NCBI GenBank assembly: GCA_054661495.1
Contig: BAAFSQ010000297.1
Span: 1 to 12,075, forward strand
Direction: 5' to 3'
DNA: 12,075 nt
From: Zygophlyctis sp. KS116
Lineage: Eukaryota; Fungi; Chytridiomycota
The notes beneath the pieces are model-generated. The model was given only the letters and a program-made list of their open reading frames with translations. It was not told the DNA's origin and searched no databases. Below, piece after piece: positions 1 to 9,000 of this stretch; within the stretch, counting starts at the first letter, position 1; every line of letters starts with the position of its first letter. Position numbers and translations under genes: made by a program.

Positions 1-124
1 GAACAGGATTTTGAGATTTCTATTCCTAAATCTCCAGTTTTAATGGGAAAAAGACTCTTTTAAGAGATTTCTACGTATTTACTAATTATAACAAGACGTG
101 ATCTTGTAAAAATCTATTAAAATA

Positions 125-148
125 CTAAAAAACTAAAAAACTAAAAAA
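125..148 (+). repeat. Tandem repeat (CTAAAAAA)x3
   Basis: Three perfect 8-nt copies at 125-132, 133-140 and 141-148, upstream of eIF4G. Confidence 0.8.
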
Positions 149-228
149 ATCATCAGAGACGACATATTGTCCCATAACAGTCTAAAATTTGATGTAAATT
201 TGACCGCATTTGAACAATTAGCGTCAAA

Positions 229-264
229 ATGGGAAGTAGACCTAGACAGTCGCCAAGGGTTTAG
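229..264 (+). promoter_or_regulatory. Possible upstream ORF (MGSRPRQSPRV*) ending 10 nt before the eIF4G ATG
   Basis: The ATG sits in a strong context (AAAATGG) and the TAG is at 262-264. It is relevant only if transcription starts upstream of 229. Confidence 0.25.
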
Positions 265-274
265 ATAGAAAAAA

Positions 275-3200
275 ATGACTTGGGCAGCTAGAGTTGCTGC
301 CAATAAGAAAAATAGTTTATCACAGGCAAATGGAGCTATGATGAATAATCAGAAAGATCAGGTTCAAGGGGGATCAGCGGATGTGCGATCAAAGTCTCTA
401 GGAACTGCAGACGATTCAGTGGTTTTTAAACCTGAAGCTGCAAATGGAGCGCCTGTCAAGAATTTAACTAAAACTGGTCTTTCTTTTGGGAATTTCAGTA
501 ATGATCAGAATATTGTTAATCCTGTGCCAGTTCATAGAGTAAATGCACCTGTTCCAGTAATCTATAAATGCTTTTTTTAACACTAGGTTGCTGCATCGGC
601 TGTTTTACAAAATTATCCAAGAACAATGTCGGCTCCTCCAAAGATTGATGAGCAAATGAAGGCGGCTAGAATGAAGAGTGTGGAAAATCAAGATAAAATT
701 GATCCTTCAATAGGATCTACTGGAACTACAGTACCAGGACTACCTTCAAAAGCTAATCCTCAGACTCAAGGTACAACTACAAATTATGAAAACTCTACTG
801 CTCCTCAGATGGGAATGCAATTTGTTCCTGCTAATCCTTATGTAATTTTCTGAAATTTAATTTTTAGTATTATCCAGATATGAGTATGTATGGAATGGGT
901 CAGTTTAATTACTCTCGATTTCCAGTGTATTACCCATCTCAGCAAGTTCTTCCAAATGGATCGGTAGCTCAAAACAAGGCTGTTCCAATTAAAGGTGCTG
1001 GAAGTTCATCTGTACCTCCTATTCCAACTCCTAAAAAATCATCTGCAATCAAAATTAAAAATCCAAATACTCAAGAGGAAGTGGATCTTAAGGCTATTTT
1101 AAAGGATAAACCAGTTTCAGCTGAAAGGAGCTTATCGCCTGTCAAGAAAACAAAGCCTACTCTTGTAGCTCCGCAATCAGATGTAGTATCTACAACTTCA
1201 GACCAAACTTCTAACATCACTATTCCTGTTGTTGCTCAAAAGGTTGCTGTGACTCCTCGCTCATCTGCTATTAAAATTATAGACCCTTCAAAAAATGAAG
1301 TAGTAAACTTTTCAGAAGTTTTGAAGAAGGAAAAGGAACAAGCTCAGAAACATCAAGTTTCTCAAGTCTTGCCACAAGAAAATATTAAAGTCGTTATGCC
1401 TACTCAATCGGTGAAGTTTGCACAACCAGAACAGATTTCTAAACTCTCTCCGGGTGCAGAATCTTTGGATACTGCTGAGGATACTCTAGTGTCTCCATCT
1501 TTTGGGGATTCTTTGGATGAAACTTCTGTAATGTCAGATGAATCTGAAGAAGGTGAAATTCCAGAGCCAGTAGTTTTAACCACAAACGAAGGAATTAATT
1601 ACCCAGCATCTCTGAAAACTTTTATTCCTAATTTGACTAGCAAAAGGTATTCAAAAGAGTTTCTTATGGCTTTTGAATGTTTAGATCTTCCAAAGCCTGA
1701 TGAATTGCCTACTATGGATGAACTGAAGGGTGAAGAGCGATCTTATAAGTCTGGTTCAGGTGATAGGCGCTCTTTCCTCTCAAGTGGCCGTAGTGGTACG
1801 GGACGTTCGTTTGATTATTCTGGCAGAGATAGATATTCTGAATCTAAAGGCTCTGGAAAATCGAGGAAGGGATCACAAAGACAAAGTGGACAAAGAGGCA
1901 GTGCATCATCCAGTAGACCTTCTAAATTCCAGCCTCCAGTTGAGTTACTAGTTAAATCTGAGACTGCATGGATTCCTCATAATCAACAAAAGAAGAAAAA
2001 TGAGGATCTTGTTGAAGTTACCAGTCGTCAAGTCAAGGGATTATTGAACAAATTAACTGTTGAAAAGTTTGATGTCGTCTCTGAACGCATCATAAACATT
2101 GGCATCATTGATGAGCACGTACTATTATCGGTCATCTCTATTATATTTGAAAAAGCTTTAGATGAACCCGGTTTTGGTGCCATGTATGCTTCATTGTGTC
2201 TTAAAATATCTCAAGAGCTATATAATGTTCAGAAATGGACTGGCCAAGGGCCGAAAAATGCTTTCCGTGTGACTCTTATCAATAAATGCCAACAAGAGTT
2301 TCAAAAAAATTCTAAATGGTCTGAGGAGGATGGAACATCCGTAGAGGAACGAAAATCAAGAAGAAAAATGTTAGAATCGCTTTCAGCTGAAGAGAAGTTA
2401 AAGTTTGCCGAAGAAGAATATGAAAGGGCTAAATTGAAGCGCCGAGTGTTAGGAAACATAAGATTTGTCGGAGAATTATTCATGAAAGGACTTATTGGAG
2501 AACGAATTATGCACAGTTGTGTATTGCAACTTTTATCAAATGTCTCAGATCCAGAGGAAGAAGATATTGAATCTCTTTGTAAATTGATGACAACAATTGG
2601 CGCGAAAATAGATCATGAGGCCGCTCGGCCCCATATGGAAACCTACTTTGCCCGAATTACCGAAATATCCAACAATAGGAAACTTTCGTCTAGAATTAGG
2701 TTCATGTTAATGGACCTTCTTGATTTGCGTAAGAACGGTTGGAAAGCTCGTGTGGAAGTCGCAGTTCCAAAGACTATTGCGGAAATTCATCGTGAGGCAG
2801 AAAGAAAACTGGCGGAGGAAAATGCTGAAAAGCTAAGGATGTCTCGAGGATCCAAGGGAGGCAGTGGTTCCAACCGAAGTTCAATCACGGCTAAATCGAT
2901 GCAGAGCAGATCACAGGATGTGCGATCATCCCTATCAAAAGATGACAATAAACGCAACAGCGTTTGGCAAAATCAAAACCCTTCCACTTCCAAAATTGCG
3001 AAGCCGATCCTGAAAAAGAATGGAGATATCAAAGAGCAGCTTGATGTGAAACTCTCAAAGAATATATTTGCGTAATGCTAGTTTAGTTAATTTATAGGGC
3101 TCTTAATGAAAAAGAAACAATTGATAGTCCGGAATCTCCATCTGTAGAAACTCCGCAGGAGTCTTCTGTTCATCATATGAGCAATGAACAGGCTAAAAAT

Positions 3201-4365
3201 AAGATAGATGCAATGATAGCCGAATGGTGGTGCAATTTTGATATGAAGGTAACCGAAACATATTTTGATTATCAGGAGATAAAGCTTACTCTGGAAGAGT
3301 TGGAAGGCTCTAATTACAACTCACTTGTAATTGATAGCTTTTTCAATGCTACGATGGAACGAAAATTACCGGACGTACAGAAAACAGTTGATCTTTTTTC
3401 AACCCTCTTCAACGACTCTATTTTTACAGCGGAAGAGCTGATCAAAGGGTAAGAAATATGAATGTAACCTTATAGTTCTGCATCTCAAATAGAATTTGCG
3501 GAGGACAATCTTCCTGATGCACCTCAACTATTCAAGCATTTGGGTATGCTTCTTGGAAGATTAGTCTTGGATGGTGTTTTGAGTTTATCATCTTTATATG
3601 AACTTTTCAAGCCTCTTTTGGCCTCTAGAAGCCGTAAACCGCCTGCTCCAAGACTATTAGGAGAGCTTTTGGGCAGTATCGGAGAAGCAGGAGATGAAGT
3701 CCTCGTGGAAGCGTTCCAAGCCGACCCAATTGATCTTGAAAGCTTCTGGCCTATTGAGCAACGAGGGAAAGAAACATTAGATACTTGGATGGATCACTAT
3801 GGTTTGTTTGCTTTGAAAATGGATTCAAATGGTGACTTAGAAGAACAATTTTGCAATTTTTTGGGTAGTCATGATGAATTGGAAGAGTGGATAAATGTAA
3901 GCATTTGGAATATATCTTATAATTAAGGAACATCCGGCAATATGTCAAACATCAAAATTTAGTCTTCAACTATCCTCAGTAGTAATTAATTATGTGGCAT
4001 CTCTGACCTTTTTCCCACCAGGATCTACAAATGCTATGAAAATTACAACTGATACCTACATTAAGTTCAAAGAGATCTTATCGTCTTTTATGCCTATATT
4101 ATTGAAATACTTGATGGGCAATGCTGCAAAGTTATCATTCCTGGAAGCCGTGGTAAACTGCTGGGAGAAAGTCGGTCAGCCTGAAGGTAACTTTTTATAG
4201 ACCTTTCTAATCTCAGAGCTGTTAGAGTCACTTTTTAGACTCGTCTGGGACCTCGATATGATTGGCGTGGAAATTTTCAAGGCATATAAAGATTGTCCAA
4301 AGAGCAATGAAGTATCGAAGAGGCTCGTTGGGTGGTTCAAGTATATGGAACATCAAACAACTTAG
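275..4365 (+). CDS. eIF4G: Eukaryotic translation initiation factor 4G (eIF4E-binding motif, MIF4G, MA3, W2-like C-terminus), ~1297 aa, 8 exons
   Basis: Predicted exons: 275-556, 587-841, 868-3071, 3098-3248, 3276-3448, 3476-3896, 3928-4186, 4217-4365. They total 3894 nt with one open frame ending TAG. Motifs: YxxxxLphi eIF4E-binding site YSKEFLM (1648-1668); MIF4G signatures VKGLLNKLTVEKF, IFEKALDEPGFGAMYASLC, RRVLGNIRFVGELF, EEDIESLCKLMTTIG, SSRIRFMLMDLLDLRKNGW; PKTIAEIH; MA3-like DMKEIKLTLEEL and DAP; W2-like LVWDLDMI...WFKYME. Intron 3249-3275 is in frame with no stop, so it is the least certain. Confidence 0.95.
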
Positions 4366-4387
4366 CAATCCTTATTAGAAAAAGATT

Positions 4388-6787
4388 TTATTCACTCTTA
4401 ATAATTCCAATGAAGGCTTCGGTGTTCTTGAGGTCCTTTTTACCTACTGAATGCTCCAATCCAGAAGAGACATCAATGCACCAAGGATTATATGCGAGTG
4501 CTTGGCTTATATTTGAGATTGATAATCCTCCTGCTAGAATAACCGGATAAATCTCCTTAATTTTGTTGAAAAGGTTCCAATCAAAAGATTTCCCAGATCC
4601 TCCCTGTTGTTTAGCACCTTTAATTCCAGTATCTAAGAGAATATATTTAGCAGATCCTTCATATGCCCTAATTCTAGATAAGATTTCCTCAATCGAGTCA
4701 CCTTCCATTACATGAATCACTTTAATAACGGGTGCAGAAATTAGCCGTACAAATTGAGGAACCTCGTCACCATGAAGTTGAACAAGATCCAATTTACATA
4801 GACTTACAGCCATATTGATTTCTTCCAGCGACTGGTTGGAAAAAACCCCAACTAATAGCGGTCCATTCTGCTCGAGGAAACTATCCATAATAGTACGAGA
4901 CTCGGAATAATTAGCACATATTGGAATACTTAAGATATTACGGGTTTCTGTCATCACACCGCGAGAAATTTGAATGGCCGTCTCTAACGATACTTTACGA
5001 GGGGAATTTGCAAAGATAATACCAATAAAGTCACAGCCAGCCCTAGCAGCAATGGTAGCATCTTCAATGTTGGTGATACCTACATATTTAGCAATGAAGA
5101 GGAATTACCGCAAACTTTGACCTTTTTCTTACTATTTCTTACCCTTGTTTCGACTTCTTTGCATAGTAATGACCGTATTAATTCCGGCTTATTTGAAGCT
5201 CGCATTAAAGCTTCTCCCACTAAAACTCCACGAGCACCACTAGATATATACGTTTCTACGTCTGATCTACTTGATATTCCACTTAACGCTATCAGAATAC
5301 AGTCGCTGGGAACTGACTTAGATAAGGATATGGTGCGGTTGTTATCTACTTTAAAAGTATGTAGGTCCCGATTATTCACTAAGTAATAAGTGAACATAAA
5401 TACTATATATACCTCCAATAATTTTCGATCCTGCCTTAATAGCCCTGTTCATTTCAAGTTCATTCGCGACCTCTACTAAAGGTTCCATTCCTAGCATACG
5501 CGAAATCTGAATCAGTTCTCGCAGCTCCTTATCAGACAAAATAGCAACAATCAAAAGAATTGAATCTGCCCCATAGCATCGAGCTTCAAAGACTTGATAT
5601 AAATCAACTATAAAATCTTTTCTTAAAATAGCTGGCCGACCAGGTTTATTGTCAAAAGCTCTCCGAACGTTCATCATGTCATTGATATGACCCTTAAACC
5701 ATTTTGGTTCCGTCAATACAGAAATAGCAGCAGCACCACTTTCCCAATACAACAAGGCCTGTGATGGAGCGTCAGCATTTATATCAATTTCACCTATTTA
5801 TTGGAACAAGATTCATATTTTACCTTTAGATGGCGATGCTCTCTTAATTTCAGCAATAACAGCAACTGGATTTGCACTATCAGCTAGCCTTTTCTGAAAA
5901 GCAATCACCGGTGGGGCTAAACCGAGAGCGATATGCCTTTCCAGGTGAGATAAGGATTTTCCAGGAATCATTTTCTCGTTGCTGACATCTTTAATCCTCT
6001 GAATCTTTATTTGCTCAAGAATGCTTGAAGACTTGTCAGAAATAGAGTTAATTGTTGAAACTTCACTTAGATCAATGCCTCCCCCGACAGTCTTCCTAGG
6101 GACTGTGACTGGAATCGGTTTCACCAAATCAAATCTGATCTTCAAATCCTGCCAAGTTCCACCCTCCCATTTCAGGAAATTTTTAAAAATCAAATAGCCA
6201 TTTTCGGAAGCAATGCTCTCCGGGTGGAACTGTACTCCTTCAATCACAAATTCTTTATGCCGTACTCCCATTATGATTCCACTATCAGTGGTGCTAGTCA
6301 CTTTTAATTCTGAAGGCAATGTGTTAAGATCTCCGGCAAGCGAATGATATCTGGTTACTTCAAAAAGTTGAGGGAGTCCTTCAAATACGCCTTTCCCATC
6401 GTGATTTATCCGAGAAGTCTTTCCATGGATTAACTCTCCCGCGTGACTGACTTTTCCTCCAAAAACCTCAAAAATAGCTTGCTCACCCTATAAATGAGTT
6501 GAAGGAATTAAAGTTACTAAGCATACTCCTAAAATTGGGATTTTTCCTGCAAAATAACGAATGATATCCGAAGATATTCCAGCTGTGGAAGGGTGTCCCG
6601 GTCCTACAGGTTAAATATATTTTTGAATACCAGGAGATATAACAATATTTCTAGGACAGAGCCCGATACATTCTTCTAGAGATATTTGATCATTTCTGAA
6701 AACGCGAACATCCGCTCCTAATTGGCAAAGATATTGGTAGACGTTCCAAGTAAAGCTATCATAGTTATCAATCAAAATTGTTATCAT
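4388..6787 (-). CDS. TRP1: Trifunctional tryptophan biosynthesis protein: anthranilate synthase component II (GATase, TrpG) + indole-3-glycerol-phosphate synthase (TrpC) + phosphoribosylanthranilate isomerase (TrpF), ~749 aa, 6 exons
   Basis: Predicted exons: 6787-6631, 6603-6518, 6487-5824, 5793-5413, 5378-5109, 5079-4388, totalling 2250 nt. The N-terminal part is missing from the ORF track and reads [20 protein letters not shown]...ISPGPGHP...GVCLGEQ...HGKTS...RYHSL...GVQFHPES, with the GATase Cys/His/Glu triad intact. IGPS motifs: [47 protein letters not shown] motifs: [39 protein letters not shown]. The domain order matches filamentous-fungal trpC/trp-1. Confidence 0.96.
6784..6787 (-). 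other. ATGA stop/start overlap between TRP2 and the TrpG-C-F gene
   Basis: The minus strand reads ...CCA ATA TGA TAA CAA... in the TRP2 frame (TGA 6786-6784) and ATG ATA ACA ATT TTG ATT GAT AAC TAT GAT AGC TTT in the -1 frame (ATG 6787-6785). Confidence 0.92.
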
Positions 6788-8321
6788 ATTGGAATATTTA
6801 AGTGTTTTGATGGGTTTGAAGAGATATTGTGATAAAATTTTTCGGCTTTTTCGATTGCCGTAACGTTTGATTTAAGCTTATTCAAAGTCTCTTGGAATTC
6901 ATCCTCTGGTATAGAATCATACACAATCCCTCCTCCAGCTTGTAAATAAACATGTTTATCCTTAAACAACATCGTTCTGATTGCAATACATGTATCTAAG
7001 TCACCATCAAAAGAAAAATAACCAACTGCTCCAGCATATATTCCTCGTTTTTCCTTTTCTAAAGAGTAAATGATTTCCATCGCACGAATCTTCGGTGCTC
7101 CCGATACGGTCCCGGCTGGAAAAACTGATCGAAAAGCATCAAAAGAAGTTTTTCCTTCGCGCAATTGGCCAGAAACATTAGAAACAAGATGCATTACATG
7201 TGAATATCGTTCAATGTGCATCAAAGAATCAACTTTAACCGTGTTGGGATCACATATGCGATTGACGTCATTTCTTCCCAAATCGACCAGCATAATGTGC
7301 TCAGAGCGTTCTTTTAGATCAGCTAAAAGATTTTGAGCCAGTTCATCATCTTCCGCTAAAGTTGATCCACGCTTTCTAGTGCCTGCTATGGGATGAGTGT
7401 ATACGGTATTCTTGGAAACTTTGACCAACATCTCGGGAGACGCTCCAACCAACTGAAATTCATTGTTCAGGTTAATATAAAACATATAGGGACTTGGATT
7501 GACTCTTCGCAACATTCTATAAGCATTGAATGGATGTAGATCAGTCTTTTTCTTGATTCTTTGAGAAGGTACCGCCTGGATTATATCTCCCTCTACAATG
7601 AAATCCTTAAGATCTTTCACAAAATTCTGATATCCTTCTTTTCCAACATTAGAAATAGCTTCATGACCGAGCGTTATTGGACCTTGATCGGGCAGTGTTA
7701 ATTCGTCGCTCTCCAATTTTCCCAGGCATTTTTGAATTTTTTTAGTGGCTTTATCATATGAGATTTGTAAAGATTCATCAGGAGTAGTGAATACATGAGA
7801 AATTATACGCAAAGTCTGAAACAAATGATCAAAAACAACAACAGTATCACAAAACATAAGCACAGCATCTGGTAACCCCAAGGAATCCTTCAGCTCAGGA
7901 ATATTTCTTTTGATTGAAGGCTCGAATACTCTAACACAATCATATGAAATATATCCAATCGCACCACCAGTAAAGCTGGGAATTTCAGGAACTCCAATAT
8001 AGTTAATTTTTTCCATTTCTTGTTCGATTATAGTTAATGGATCACCCTGGTCTGCATTACATGAAACAACTTTATAAGGACATGTACCAATAAAGGAGAA
8101 TCGCCCAAGTTTTTCACCCCCAAGGACAGACTCAAAAAGAAACGAGTAACTTTCTCCATTCGATAATTTCAAATAAGCAGATATAGGAGTCAAAAGGTCT
8201 GCAGAAAGCTCGGAATATACCGGAATCACGGAAGGCTTCTGATTATTTCCAAGAATGGACTTAAATTCTTCAAAACTGGGTCGTACCTTGGGTTAGAAAT
8301 TCAAAAAATTACCGGGTTCAT
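6784..8321 (-). CDS. TRP2: Anthranilate synthase component I (TrpE), ~503 aa, 2 exons
   Basis: Predicted exons: 8321-8313 (ATG AAC CCG) and 8286-6784, separated by a 26-nt intron (GTAATT...CTAACCCAAG). This gives the N-terminus [12 protein letters not shown]. Motifs: [122 protein letters not shown]. Confidence 0.96.
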
Positions 8322-9000
8322 ATTTAGTTTCAATTAATTTTGGCAAAACAACTGTTAAAGGTTCAAAAAGAAAATTCCTTTTCATCTTTGATAAACAGCG
8401 AAGAAGCTGTTTCTGAGAGACATTTAAATCCGACCTTATAGACGGCTTTAATGAATTTATAAGCGCTTTAACACGCTCCCTTCGATCCCTATAAAATTGA
8501 ACCATCAAAGGGTATTTCAAGAATTTACGATTCTGAGAGAATTTTCTTTCCAAAAACCCAGTATTAGAATTCGAAGATTGCTTGACACGGGAAAACGATT
8601 TCGGTTTCAACAAACTCCCATGAATTTTGGGAAATACGACATCTACAGATTTTCCACCTTCTTTCAAATCGGTAGAAAATGAATTCCAAATAGATTGTGG
8701 CTGAATTGGCTGTTTATAATTATCTAATGCAGGCCAATCATCCCGTCTTAACAATTTACAAGATATCTTTGGTTTACGATAGCGTTTAAGTGCTCTATGT
8801 CTTTTTTTTCCACGGTCCTCTACGTCCTAAAATTATAAAATTGCAGATACCGAAACGGAGGACACAATTTCCTTATTACGAGCGATCGTCTGAACAAACG
8901 ATCGTGAAGAAGGAAAGGGACTATTATGGGGCTCACCAGCAACACGATTGCTACTAGAAGCCCAACCAACTCTGAATATTATTGCACTCCTTATCTTTAT
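8293..9000 (-). CDS. Hypothetical Lys/Arg/Ser-rich protein (ORF X), ~225 aa, start unresolved
   Basis: The frame is open from 9006 to 8851 and from 8826 to 8293. The two parts are joined in frame by a 24-nt intron of the same type as the others (8850-8827, GTATCT...TATAATTTTAG), which itself contains stops. There is no in-frame ATG until 8505. I do not recognise a family. It fills the whole gap between TSC10 and TRP2. Confidence 0.5.

Noticed and set aside
6784-6880. Intron-mediated TRP2-TrpG fusion
   Set aside because: There is no GTA[A/T] donor near the TRP2 end and no AG acceptor in the ~55 nt before the TrpG ATG.
4388-8321. Bacterial trp operon from contamination or recent horizontal transfer
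   Set aside because: There are six spliceosomal introns, a fungal-type G-C-F fusion and fungal-like TRP2 motifs, with eukaryote-specific neighbours. No Shine-Dalgarno sequence precedes the TrpG ATG, as the region has no G.
8883-8904. Inverted repeat CGATCGT-N8-ACGATCG
   Set aside because: It is a 7-bp stem inside ORF X with no other support, and about 90 nt from the A8 run, too far to be a typical frameshift stimulator.
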